DNA from: Bacillota bacterium
GTDB taxonomy: Bacteria > Bacillota > Bacilli > Bacillales > Bacillaceae_I
Direction of reading: 5' to 3'
Length of the DNA stretch: 32,000 nt
Assembly: GCA_051750385.1 (NCBI GenBank)
Contig: JBNJJQ010000002.1
Span: 289,947 to 321,946, forward strand
Positions 1 to 7,994 of this stretch are shown here, in pieces. The translations under genes were made by a program, and so were the position numbers. Within the stretch, counting starts at the first letter, position 1. Each line of letters opens with the position of its first letter. The notes under the pieces were generated by a model. It was not told the origin of the DNA, made no database searches, and saw only the letters and a program-made list of their open reading frames with translations.

Positions 1-11
1 TTTTTCTGGGA

Positions 12-302
12 TTATGCTTCTTGAGCAACAGGATATACGCTAACTTGTTTGCGGTCACGGCCTAAACGCTCGAAACGAACGATTCCGTCAACCTTCGCGA
101 ATAACGTATCGTCTCCACCACGTCCAACGTTTAATCCAGGGTAAATTTTAGTACCGCGTTGACGGTATAAAATTGAACCACCAGAAACTTGTTGACCGTC
201 TGCACGCTTAGCGCCAAGACGTTTTGATTGAGAGTCACGACCGTTTTTAGTAGAACCTACTCCCTTTTTGGAAGCAAAGAACTGAAGATCTAATCTTAAC
301 AT
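12..302 (-). CDS. rpmA: 50S ribosomal protein L27, with N-terminal propeptide
   Basis: The translation [37 protein letters not shown]... fits the Bacillus L27 pattern. The ORF track starts at GTG 311, but ATG 302 follows AGGAGGTG at good spacing and gives the canonical MLRLDLQFF start. Confidence 0.95.
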   Translation of the reverse strand: MLRLDLQFFASKKGVGSTKNGRDSQSKRLGAKRADGQQVSGGSILYRQRGTKIYPGLNVGRGGDDTLFAKVDGIVRFERLGRDRKQVSVYPVAQEA

Positions 303-314
303 GTATTCCACCTC

Positions 315-641
315 CTATTTAGAAATGGTTATATAATTTCCATAATCACGTTCAATCGTCTCTAAAGATACGACCATACTTTCGAGCAGCAGCTGTACTT
401 TCTCTTTTGTCGATTCTTCCAGATCCTGGGGAACCGTACAGCGAAGAAATCCATCTGCCCCTTGCTCAATTTGTGGGGTAACAGATAAAAGTGATATAAT
501 GGAGTTTACTGCACCGAAAGATACAGCGGAAACCCCCGCACACACGATATCGGACCCTTTTTTGGCAAAGTTGGCATGTCCAGTTATGGTAAACGAATCG
601 ATAGCTTTTTGATCGTTTCGTTTAATTGTAACTTTAATCAT
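315..641 (-). CDS. prp: Ribosomal-processing cysteine protease Prp (YsxB family)
   Basis: A 108-aa ORF lies between rplU and rpmA, as in other Firmicutes. It carries the conserved His (TITGHANF) and Cys (SDIVCAGVSAVS) motifs of Prp. Confidence 0.9.
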   Translation of the reverse strand: MIKVTIKRNDQKAIDSFTITGHANFAKKGSDIVCAGVSAVSFGAVNSIISLLSVTPQIEQGADGFLRCTVPQDLEESTKEKVQLLLESMVVSLETIERDYGNYITISK

Positions 642-656
642 CCAATCACCTTAAAA

Positions 657-965
657 TTATAGGTTGATAGCATCAACAGTAACTTTAGTGTAAGGTTGAC
701 GATGACCTTGTTTTTTACGGTAGTTTTTCTTAGCTTTGTATTTGAATACAGTAATCTTCTTCGCACGGCCTTGCTTTTCAACTTTAGCCGTAACAGTTGC
801 TCCTGCTACTAGTGGGCTACCAACTTTAACATCGTCGCCACCAACGAAAAGAACTTTGTCGAAAGTTACAGTATCGCCTTCAGCTGCACCAAGTTTTTCG
901 ATGTAGATCGCTTGACCTGCTTCAACCTTGATTTGCTTACCACCTGTTTCAATAATTGCGTACAT
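657..965 (-). CDS. rplU: 50S ribosomal protein L21
   Basis: [25 protein letters not shown]... is canonical L21. ATG 965 is preceded by GAGGAGGTG. The 39-codon upstream extension in the ORF track is leader sequence, not coding. Confidence 0.95.
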   Translation of the reverse strand: MYAIIETGGKQIKVEAGQAIYIEKLGAAEGDTVTFDKVLFVGGDDVKVGSPLVAGATVTAKVEKQGRAKKITVFKYKAKKNYRKKQGHRQPYTKVTVDAINL

Positions 966-1081
966 TCTCTTGCACCTCCTCAATAGACTCAGACTCGCCA
1001 GTGTCAGGTATATGTAACGAAAACGCCCATATTTATAGAACCTGGACTGTGCGGTTGTAGCACGGGTGCTACAAACTAACA
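966..1081 (-). promoter_or_regulatory. Structured 5' leader of the rplU-prp-rpmA operon (L21-leader-like)
   Basis: About 115 nt separate the predicted transcription start from the rplU ATG. An 8-bp hairpin with a CCCG loop sits at 1055..1074 (UUGUAGCA-CCCG-UGCUACAA). A possible long-range pairing CAGUCCAGG/CCUGACACUG is also present. A ribosomal-protein L21 leader is known at this position in Bacillales. Not checked against a covariance model. Confidence 0.45.
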
Positions 1082-1087
1082 AAGAAC

Positions 1088-1117
1088 ATCATAGCATACT
1101 TGAAAGCCTAATGTCAA
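1088..1117 (-). promoter_or_regulatory. Sigma-A type promoter of the rplU operon
   Basis: The minus strand reads TTGACA (1117..1112), an 18-nt spacer, then TGC-TATGAT (extended -10, 1096..1088). The -35 element overlaps the rng stop codon. Confidence 0.7.
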
Positions 1118-2592
1118 TAAGGTTCCAGCGTTTTTAGACGTTCTTTTGCATCGGTTACAAAACCAGTAAAAACAATCTCATAACCCGGCTTGCCCACTAA
1201 CTTTACGTAGTGTATTTCCACACCTGTTCGCTCTACCAGATTGGGCAGCTTATCCAAGATGTTTTTAACATCCTCTGTAAGCTGGACAATAATTGCCTCC
1301 ACATCCGAGCGATAGTACTCAAGGAGCTTCCTCTCCAGTTGAAAAGCGATGGTCTCTGATGAATAAACCGTTCCTTTTCCAACACAGGGTTCACACTTTT
1401 GCAGAAGCATCCCAGTCAAGGGCTCCCGGATCTTTTTCCGTGTCAGCTGCAGAAGATGCAGCTCGGTAAATCCGATGATCCGGACAACGGAGCGGTCTTT
1501 TCTCACTTCGTTCCGGACTATCTTAAGCACCTGCTCCTGCTCTTCCTCACTCGCCATATCAATGAAGTCGACAATGACAATGCCGCCGATTTCCCTTAAG
1601 CGAAGCTGCCTTGCCACTTCCTTTGCCGCTTCGAGATTGGTCTTCAGAACGGTCTCTTCCAATCCGGTCTTCCCGACATATTTTCCGGTATTGACGTCCA
1701 CTATTGTCATCGCTTCCGTATGCTCAATAATGATATAGCCCCCACTTGGGAGCCAGACGATTCGCTTTAACGCCTTTTCAAGCTCCTGATCGATGCCTCT
1801 TCGTGCAAAAATGTCCTCTTTCCCATCATAAAAGCGCACGGGATAGCCCTGCTTTTTCAAAAGCTGAAAGGTTGGAGCATCGTCCACTTCCATAAGTTTG
1901 ATCTCACCTTTAGGTATTTCCCTGAGCAGTTTTGCCAGAAAATGATCTTCTTTATGCAAGAGTCCGGGAACTTGGGAGGAAGGTATTCTTTCCAGCACAT
2001 CCAAGTATTGCTGCTGCAGCGCTGCTAATTCCTCCTCCACCACTTCCACCGGGGCATTTTCACCAGCAGAACGGAGTATCACGCCTTCTTCCTCGTTACA
2101 CCAACTGTAAAGATGCTCCCTCCATTGCTTTCGGCTGTCCTCTTTCATCTTTTTGGAAATGGCTTTAAATTTTCCAAACGGCTGATAGACAATATGTATT
2201 CCTGGAAATTCAATTAGCCCTGTCAGTTTAGGACCTTTTGTCCCTTCGCCTTCTTTAGCCACCTGCACCAGAATCGCTTCTCCCTGATGGACAAAATGCG
2301 AGATGCCACGCTTTTCCTTTTCCAGCTTAGAAAGCGGCGATAATTGATAAGAACACAAATGGTCGCGGTGAAGATACCCGGGCTGCTTTTGCCCAATATC
2401 GACAAAGGCTGCCTGCATCCCGGGCAAGACATTCACAACACGACCCTTATATATATTTCCTTCTATATGTTCAGTAGTAGGCCTTTCAATAAGAAGCTCT
2501 ACTATTTTATCCTGCTCTTTCACGGCAACCCGCTTTTCCGTTGCACGCAGATTCATAATAAGCTCAGTCAATGGAATAGCCTCGACTTTCAA
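1114..2592 (-). CDS. rng: Rne/Rng family ribonuclease (RNase G/E-like)
   Basis: An S1 domain is present (GNIYKGRVVNVLPGMQAAFVDIG), followed by the RNase E/G catalytic core pattern (IVDVNTGKY, GGIVIVDFIDM). The start is uncertain. The maximal ORF starts at TTG 2592. TTG 2571 has a GAGG 8 nt upstream and would give MTELIMNL... Confidence 0.85.
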   Translation of the reverse strand: MKVEAIPLTELIMNLRATEKRVAVKEQDKIVELLIERPTTEHIEGNIYKGRVVNVLPGMQAAFVDIGQKQPGYLHRDHLCSYQLSPLSKLEKEKRGISHFVHQGEAILVQVAKEGEGTKGPKLTGLIEFPGIHIVYQPFGKFKAISKKMKEDSRKQWREHLYSWCNEEEGVILRSAGENAPVEVVEEELAALQQQYLDVLERIPSSQVPGLLHKEDHFLAKLLREIPKGEIKLMEVDDAPTFQLLKKQGYPVRFYDGKEDIFARRGIDQELEKALKRIVWLPSGGYIIIEHTEAMTIVDVNTGKYVGKTGLEETVLKTNLEAAKEVARQLRLREIGGIVIVDFIDMASEEEQEQVLKIVRNEVRKDRSVVRIIGFTELHLLQLTRKKIREPLTGMLLQKCEPCVGKGTVYSSETIAFQLERKLLEYYRSDVEAIIVQLTEDVKNILDKLPNLVERTGVEIHYVKLVGKPGYEIVFTGFVTDAKERLKTLEPY

Positions 2593-2595
2593 TAT

Positions 2596-3465
2596 TTAGT
2601 ATGAATAAAGGATATCCCCAATATCGATTGTCGTCAACTTCTCCTTGAAATACGCATGCAAAAGTTCGTTTTCATCCAACGGCGTCTGTTTTTTATTGCC
2701 TTTCATCACGATGATATTATGCTTGCAGTCCCGCTTGAACCTTTGCAGGACATGATGGATTTTTTCCGTTTCATCCACCACAATCGGTGTAATTTTCGAA
2801 ACGGAATTCGTCTTTCCGTAATACCTCTCCAGCAAAAAGCGGATAAATACAAAATGACGCTGCTTCCATTCCGAGAACAGGGAGTAAAAAAGAAACAGGG
2901 AGATGATCCACATATTCAGATGCAGGGGATCAATCACAAGGTAAATAAGAAAAAAGACGCTCAAAAAGACAAACGAATATTGCAGGGTCCGCTCATGGGA
3001 AGTCGCAAAGGACGAAAATTTACTCAATCCGATACTCATCAGTCTTCCACCGTCAAGCGGCCAGATTGGGAGTAGGTTCACAAGAAAAATCATCAGGTTG
3101 AAGGTGAAAAACAGGTCCCACATTTCTGGTGAAAGAACATTCGTTGTATAGAGAAGGTAGCCGCCCGCTGCGAGCCAAATATGCTGCAACGGCCCTGCAA
3201 GTGTAACAATCAACTCCTCCTTCAAAGGGCGGTTGCCATGCTCCTCCATTTCAGCCACCCCTCCAAAAGGAAGAATCAACACCTGCTTGATCCGCCATGA
3301 AAAGTAGGTGGCGGCCAGACTATGACCCAATTCGTGCACCAATACAATAATGAAGAGGATGAGCAGCTCCCAAAAATTTGCCGTCAGGATGGCAAGGCCG
3401 ATCATCAGCCAGAAAATAGGATGTATATGGATTTTTTGAAATAGCCTGAGCCATTTATTATTCAA
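2596..3465 (-). CDS. spoIVFB: Stage IV sporulation intramembrane metalloprotease SpoIVFB (site-2 protease, M50)
   Basis: The HELGH zinc motif sits in a TM helix, and the downstream LPIWPLDGG motif is present. The N-terminus resembles B. subtilis SpoIVFB (MNKWL..KIH.HP). The gene overlaps spoIVFA by 8 nt. Confidence 0.9.
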   Translation of the reverse strand: MNNKWLRLFQKIHIHPIFWLMIGLAILTANFWELLILFIIVLVHELGHSLAATYFSWRIKQVLILPFGGVAEMEEHGNRPLKEELIVTLAGPLQHIWLAAGGYLLYTTNVLSPEMWDLFFTFNLMIFLVNLLPIWPLDGGRLMSIGLSKFSSFATSHERTLQYSFVFLSVFFLIYLVIDPLHLNMWIISLFLFYSLFSEWKQRHFVFIRFLLERYYGKTNSVSKITPIVVDETEKIHHVLQRFKRDCKHNIIVMKGNKKQTPLDENELLHAYFKEKLTTIDIGDILYSY

Positions 3466-4231
3466 ATGATATCACCTGCATAGGATCGATAAAATCATTG
3501 CCTTTTTGAATCGCAAAATAGAACATCCCCTTCGAGCCATCCTCAAGTGTTGTCGTTCTGCCAATCACCTGTCCGGTTTTTACAAAATCGAACAACTTCA
3601 CTTCCACTTCCCCAAGCTGCCCATACCATGTGTATGTTTCATCTTCGTGCTGAATGATGACCGTTTTTCCTGTGTCGCTCTTTTTTCCGACAAAAGTTAC
3701 ATGCCCCCCATCCATTGCCTCCACTTCGGAATGGGCCATCGTCTCGACCATGACTCCTTGTCCATTAGTCTCAAAGCTTTCATACACTTTTCCGGAGGCC
3801 GGCATCACATAATCCTCACTGCCCTGTATCTTTTCCGTATCCTGAGGCAAAGGAAGCAGCGCCAATGACTTTCCGAACTGCTCTTCATACCAAGAAGAGA
3901 AGGCGGTAAACTGAAAACTTTGGTTCATCGTACTTGTTACGAACTCACGCGGCTTTTCAAGAGCAGGCGACTGATTTTGAAACATGATGCCCACCACCAG
4001 CACCAGTATGGCAGATGCTAAAATCTTAAATAGAAAGAGCTCTTTATTGAAAAGCGGATGCTCCTTGTTTCCATCAGGACCACTCTCATAGGAGGTATAG
4101 CTTGCATTACCGTATTTTTCTTCATCCCTCATCACATACGAGGACACCTGTTTACGCTTGGTATGCTGCGTTTGTCTTACACTTTTTCTTTTCGCGGCTC
4201 TTCTTCTTATCTCATCCAACCGATCATTCAT
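3458..4231 (-). CDS. spoIVFA: Stage IV sporulation protein FA (degenerate M23/LytM domain)
   Basis: The basic N-terminus (DEIRRRAAKRK), one TM segment and a C-terminus ending YFAIQKGNDFIDPMQVISFE closely parallel B. subtilis SpoIVFA. The gene sits immediately upstream of spoIVFB. Confidence 0.85.
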   Translation of the reverse strand: MNDRLDEIRRRAAKRKSVRQTQHTKRKQVSSYVMRDEEKYGNASYTSYESGPDGNKEHPLFNKELFLFKILASAILVLVVGIMFQNQSPALEKPREFVTSTMNQSFQFTAFSSWYEEQFGKSLALLPLPQDTEKIQGSEDYVMPASGKVYESFETNGQGVMVETMAHSEVEAMDGGHVTFVGKKSDTGKTVIIQHEDETYTWYGQLGEVEVKLFDFVKTGQVIGRTTTLEDGSKGMFYFAIQKGNDFIDPMQVISFE

Positions 4232-4355
4232 ACAAACACCCTTCCCCCTATTATGTTTGTACCATTTTATGACTTGTCCTTTGGGGTTATGACGATATGG
4301 ATGAGATTTTTGGGGGAGGGAGGGATGGCATCATGAAAACTTGAGCGATTGTGGA

Positions 4356-4476
4356 ATCGCTAGAAGTTTGCCGGGTATCGCTAGAAGTTTGGTCGGTATC
4401 GCTAGAAGTTTGCTGGGAATCGCTAGAAGTTTGGTCGGTATCGCTAGAAGTTTGCTGGGAATCGCTAGAAGTAGAC
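4356..4476. repeat. Tandem repeat array A: 6 x 21 bp, ATCGCTAGAAGTTTG plus a 6-nt variable part
   Basis: Units start at 4356, 4377, 4398, 4419, 4440 and 4461, an exact 21-bp period. Segments 4377..4418 and 4419..4460 are an identical 42-bp duplication. Confidence 0.92.
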
Positions 4477-4543
4477 TTTACGGCAGGGGTCAGCTAAAAA
4501 AAAATACCCCTTCTTCCAGACTGAAATACAGTGTTACGGCGTA

Positions 4544-4669
4544 TATTGAACTTTTTTGAAGGTCTATCGAACTTTTTTCAGCTCCAATTGAACTTTTTTC
4601 GACTTCTATCGAACTTTTTTGAGGTTCTATCGATGTTTTTCCCGATTCTATCGAACATTTCCCAGTTTG
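4544..4669. repeat. Tandem repeat array B: 6 x 21 bp, TATCGAACTTTTTT plus a 7-nt variable part
   Basis: Units start at 4544, 4565, 4586, 4607, 4628 and 4649, an exact 21-bp period. They are more diverged than array A. They share the ATCG...TTTG frame with array A in the same orientation. Confidence 0.88.
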
Positions 4670-4696
4670 ATCCAAATCCAATCCCACCAAAACTCC

Positions 4697-4737
4697 ATAA
4701 AAAGAAGCAGGCGGGAACATACTCCTGCCTGCTTCTT
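4697..4737 (-). terminator. Rho-independent terminator downstream of the GDPD gene
   Basis: The stem GAAGCAGGC (4704..4712) pairs with GCCTGCTTC (4727..4735). On the minus strand it is followed by TTTTTAT. Confidence 0.7.
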
Positions 4738-4745
4738 CAATACTC

Positions 4746-5726
4746 CTAGTCCTTCATCGCTGGACCAAGCAGGTCGATCCTGTTGGTCCAGATATAACCG
4801 GTAAAACGCTCCGGTACGCGTTCGAGATCCTCGACTTTGTCAAAGCCTTCAGAGAAGCCACCATCGCCAGCAACAAGGATGACTCTTGTATTCACTTCTT
4901 CCATGCGCTCGTAAAATTTTCCTGTCCAGCCCCAGAGGAACGGGCCGATTTTTTCAGGAATATGAAGCTGACTATTTTCACACGCTTCAGGAACATAACC
5001 TGTCCAGCCGATTGCAATGTACGGGTACATACAGCTTTTCATCGTTGCTTTTGACATGACCCGCATAACAGGCATTTCTTCTTTTAAAGCGGCGATCGGT
5101 TTATCCCCGCCGTAAACACTGATATTCGAGCTATTTCCAACAAAATCATAATCCTTCAGATATTTTGCAAGGAGCCTGCCCTCTTCCGGATCATCACTCT
5201 TAATATGAATCAATAGTTCTTTATCCGGGAATGTCTGAAGTACTTGTCCAAGCGTCGGCATGAGGCCTACACCTTTTCCACGGAACGGATAGGTTTTGCC
5301 GTTGTCTGCAGTATAGCCGTATCCAATATCCAGCGCCCTTAGCTCATGAATCGTGTGCTCTCTTGTCACGCCTGTCCCATCAGTGCGACACTCCAAGGTC
5401 CAGTCATGAAAAACTGCAAACTCGCCATCGGTTGTTGGCTGCACATCAAGCTCCACAATATCTGCTCCTGCTTCAAAGGCAGCTTTCATCGATGGAATCG
5501 TATTCTCTAAAAACTCATGCTCCGGTTCAAATATCCGCTCAGCGGTACATGTATCATTTTCGATCCCCTCCATACTGAACGTCTGATGAACACCGCGATG
5601 CGCCAATAGCAACGGCTCCTCTTCCACAGGTCCGGAGAAGATCGAGGTATTCGTGATAAAAAACAGGATGCCTAATAGGAAAAGTGCCAGCAATATATTC
5701 CTAAATACCTTTTTTCTTGCTTTCAT
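4746..5726 (-). CDS. Membrane-anchored glycerophosphodiester phosphodiesterase family protein (GDPD-like)
   Basis: There is an N-terminal TM/signal anchor. GDPD motifs are present: LLAHRGV (catalytic His-Arg), ENT, and VELDVQPTTDGEFAVFHD. The RBS GGAAGGAG precedes the ATG. Confidence 0.8.
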   Translation of the reverse strand: MKARKKVFRNILLALFLLGILFFITNTSIFSGPVEEEPLLLAHRGVHQTFSMEGIENDTCTAERIFEPEHEFLENTIPSMKAAFEAGADIVELDVQPTTDGEFAVFHDWTLECRTDGTGVTREHTIHELRALDIGYGYTADNGKTYPFRGKGVGLMPTLGQVLQTFPDKELLIHIKSDDPEEGRLLAKYLKDYDFVGNSSNISVYGGDKPIAALKEEMPVMRVMSKATMKSCMYPYIAIGWTGYVPEACENSQLHIPEKIGPFLWGWTGKFYERMEEVNTRVILVAGDGGFSEGFDKVEDLERVPERFTGYIWTNRIDLLGPAMKD

Positions 5727-5804
5727 GTAGTAGTACTGCTCCTTCCAAGCGCTCGTTTTAAGATATGTATATATTTTACACCAATCTTAGCAAAAACTTC
5801 CGGA

Positions 5805-5845
5805 AAACAAAAGAAGCCGCCCCTTTCCGTTTAGGGGCGGCTTCT
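5805..5845 (-). terminator. Rho-independent terminator downstream of minD
   Basis: A 12-bp GC-rich stem GAAGCCGCCCCT (5813..5824) pairs with AGGGGCGGCTTC (5833..5844). On the minus strand it is followed by TTTTGTTTT. Confidence 0.85.
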
Positions 5846-5853
5846 CACCTGGT

Positions 5854-6651
5854 TTAACGAACACCAAAGAATTTCTTGATTTTAAACATGACACCTTTGT
5901 TTTCCTCTTCCAAGGATTGCAATGGAACAGACTCACCAAGAATACGGCGGGCGATGTTACGATAAGCGATGGATGCTTTGCTTGTAGGATCCATGACAAT
6001 CGGCTCCCCACTATTGGAAGCTCGAATAACGCTGTCGTCATCTGCAACAATTCCGATAATATCAATGGCAAGTATGGAGACAATCTCATCCACATCCAGC
6101 ATTTCCCCGTTTTTCACCATATGGTTACGAATACGGTTGACTACTAATCTAGGAGGCTCGATATCTTCTTTCTCCAAAAGGCCGATAATGCGGTCTGCAT
6201 CACGTACCGAAGAAATTTCCGGTGTGGTGACAACGATTGCCCGATCTGCGCCAGCGATGGCATTCTGGAAGCCTTGCTCGATTCCTGCCGGGCAGTCTAT
6301 GATAATGTAATCGTAGTCCTGCTTCAGTTCGTATATAAGCTTTTTCATTTGTTCCGGCTTTACAGCTGTTTTATCACTTGTTTGTGCAGCTGGAAGGAGC
6401 TTCAGGCATTCAAAGCGTTTATCATTGATTAAGGCTTGATGTGTTTTGCAACGTCCTTCAATAACGTCAACTAAATCATAAATGATACGGTTTTCGAGCC
6501 CCATTACGACATCCAGATTTCTGAGTCCTATATCTGTATCTACTAAACATACACGTTTTCCTGCTAAGGCAAGAGCGGTTCCTATATTTGCAGAAGTTGT
6601 CGTTTTGCCGACTCCACCTTTACCAGACGTAATTACGATAGCCTCTCCCAC
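5854..6651 (-). CDS. minD: Septum site-determining ATPase MinD
   Basis: MGEAIVITSGKGGVGKTTTSANIG carries the deviant Walker A motif. The C-terminus ends in an amphipathic membrane-targeting helix (FKIKKFFGVR). The GTG start directly follows the minC stop. Confidence 0.97.
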   Translation of the reverse strand: MGEAIVITSGKGGVGKTTTSANIGTALALAGKRVCLVDTDIGLRNLDVVMGLENRIIYDLVDVIEGRCKTHQALINDKRFECLKLLPAAQTSDKTAVKPEQMKKLIYELKQDYDYIIIDCPAGIEQGFQNAIAGADRAIVVTTPEISSVRDADRIIGLLEKEDIEPPRLVVNRIRNHMVKNGEMLDVDEIVSILAIDIIGIVADDDSVIRASNSGEPIVMDPTSKASIAYRNIARRILGESVPLQSLEEENKGVMFKIKKFFGVR

Positions 6652-6654
6652 TTA

Positions 6655-7341
6655 TTACATTCTCCTTTCAAGCCTTGTTAACATTGGTCTTAGATGTGAA
6701 AGCAACTGTAAGCGATCTATAATAATTTGTTCATTCTTATCTATATAGGCGCATTCCATTTCATTGCTTCCCTCAAGCTGTTCGCTTAAGTCCGGGGCCC
6801 GGTTTATCGTTTCAAAGATGGAAAGCAGCGAAGGTCTCATGAGACTTGCAGCGATGACAGCCTCATTATTTCCCAATAGACCAGCATATGCATTTCCACG
6901 CAGGGCTCCCATTACAAAGATATTGCCGCCCGCCTTCACCGTTCCGCCCGGGTTCACATCACCAATCAAGAGAAGATCTCCTTTAACTTCGAGGACTTGT
7001 CCTGAGCGAACCATTCTTGCTACTGGGACAATTTCATTTTCTTCTTTCCACTGTATGGCCTGTTCTTTTGTAATGACATTACTTTCAATCTCTTCGACAA
7101 TAAAATTTTTTTTACTGCGAATGACATTGCGTAATTTCTCTTGCTGCTTATTGGTTAAAAAACGATTCCCGACCTTGAGTCGTACACCAAGTAAAGGCGA
7201 ATCATCCGGATTGCTATTCGACGCTAATTTTGCTTCTATTTCAGCTAAAAGCTCTGGAAACGAGCATGTATCATCGAGATGCAGAGTTAGGCCCTCTTTC
7301 GTGCCCTTAATGGTTACATACTGTTGTTTTTGTCTATTCAC
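6655..7341 (-). CDS. minC: Septum site-determining protein MinC
   Basis: [20 protein letters not shown]... and [23 protein letters not shown] match B. subtilis MinC. GTG 7341 is preceded by GAGGTG with a 6-nt spacer and gives an N-terminus like B. subtilis (M..KQQYV). The ORF track's ATG 7374 has no good RBS. Confidence 0.9.
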   Translation of the reverse strand: MNRQKQQYVTIKGTKEGLTLHLDDTCSFPELLAEIEAKLASNSNPDDSPLLGVRLKVGNRFLTNKQQEKLRNVIRSKKNFIVEEIESNVITKEQAIQWKEENEIVPVARMVRSGQVLEVKGDLLLIGDVNPGGTVKAGGNIFVMGALRGNAYAGLLGNNEAVIAASLMRPSLLSIFETINRAPDLSEQLEGSNEMECAYIDKNEQIIIDRLQLLSHLRPMLTRLERRM

Positions 7342-7441
7342 GACGTTCACCTCAACAAGTATATAATTCGACATAGTCCTTCTATTTCCTTTTTCATATG
7401 CTCATAAAAAATAAAAAAAGATTACTAGAATAAGTATGTAG

Positions 7442-7474
7442 AAGAAAAGCTGACTAAAATAGGCAGCTTTTCTT
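7442..7474 (-). other. Perfect stem-loop abutting the mreD stop codon, without a U-tract
   Basis: AAGAAAAGCTG (7442..7452) pairs with CAGCTTTTCTT (7464..7474), an 11-bp stem with an 11-nt loop. On the minus strand the trailing sequence is CTACATAC, so it is not a canonical intrinsic terminator. Confidence 0.4.
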
Positions 7475-7994
7475 AGAGTTCATCCTTTTGTTCATATGCC
7501 AGCTTTTCCATGAACAATTTCAATGGAAAGATGAAGATCAACGTAAAAATGGCATTAAATATCAATGTCGGAACCAGTCGGCCGACAAGGAAACTCTGAT
7601 GAAGAATATCGGTAGTGCCGATTAGAGTATGAATGCTGTACACCAGGTATTCCACTCCTGCAACAGCTAATAGAATCATAAAAAAAGCAATGAAAATATT
7701 AGCCTGTAACGCCTTCATCAGCTTCGATACAAAATAGGAGGCGACGGGATAAGCGAATAAATATATCCCCAACACTTCCGTATAGACGATATCATAAAGA
7801 AGTCCAAATACCATCCCGAAAATAATCCCGATATAGGAACCTGTATAGATTGTGCAGAGAATCAAGGTAATAAGCACATACCTTGGGACGATAACCCAAT
7901 CAGCATGGATGTTCCCCAGGAAAAACATGTCAACCGTCATGCTTTCCAAAACAAACAAGCAAAGAATAAGGGCTGGTAAGACATACTTCCTCAC
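7473..7994 (-). CDS. mreD: Rod shape-determining protein MreD
   Basis: A 173-aa polytopic membrane protein lies directly after mreC with a 4-nt overlap. Its size and hydrophobicity profile match Bacillus MreD. Confidence 0.85.
   Translation of the reverse strand: MRKYVLPALILCLFVLESMTVDMFFLGNIHADWVIVPRYVLITLILCTIYTGSYIGIIFGMVFGLLYDIVYTEVLGIYLFAYPVASYFVSKLMKALQANIFIAFFMILLAVAGVEYLVYSIHTLIGTTDILHQSFLVGRLVPTLIFNAIFTLIFIFPLKLFMEKLAYEQKDEL

Noticed and set aside
966-1082. N-terminal extension of the rplU ORF (141 aa in the ORF track), and the GTG 311 start of rpmA.
   Set aside because: Canonical L21 and L27 N-termini start at internal ATGs with strong GGAGG sites. The upstream extensions are leader or spacer sequence that happens to lack stops.
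4249-4273. Sigma-E type promoter upstream of spoIVFA (TCATAAA ... CATAATA).
   Set aside because: The -35-like element fits, but the spacer is about 10 nt rather than the roughly 14 nt I recall for sigma-E. The -10 element matches poorly. It is not reported as a feature.
4356-4669. CRISPR array.
   Set aside because: The period is only 21 bp, with 15-nt conserved cores and 6-7-nt variable parts. That is far too short for repeat-spacer units. No cas genes and no leader are present.
4341-4749. ORFs across the repeat arrays (4341..4559 +, 4490..4720 -, 4531..4749 +) encode heptad-repeat peptides such as GIARSLV and SIEPQKS.
   Set aside because: A 21-bp repeat is a multiple of 3, so frames on both strands stay open by construction. 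No convincing RBS or start context is present. Mutually overlapping ORFs on both strands are typical of repeat artefacts. They are treated as non-coding repeats pending expression data.
5787-6095. A 102-aa same-strand ORF overlapping the 3' end of minD and its terminator.
   Set aside because: It is out of frame with a perfectly conserved MinD and runs through the terminator hairpin. No RBS is present.
6764-7366. Long antisense ORFs opposite conserved genes. Examples are 6764..7366 opposite minC, 11134..11730 opposite maf, 2656..3075 opposite spoIVFB, 5969..6310 opposite minD, 9005..9679 opposite mreB, 12030..12443 opposite spoIIB, 21721..22131 opposite the VanW-like gene, and 30723..31127 opposite folC.
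   Set aside because: Each lies wholly antisense to a gene with unmistakable family motifs. They have Ser/Pro/Arg-rich shadow-frame composition and no RBS. They are shadow ORFs.
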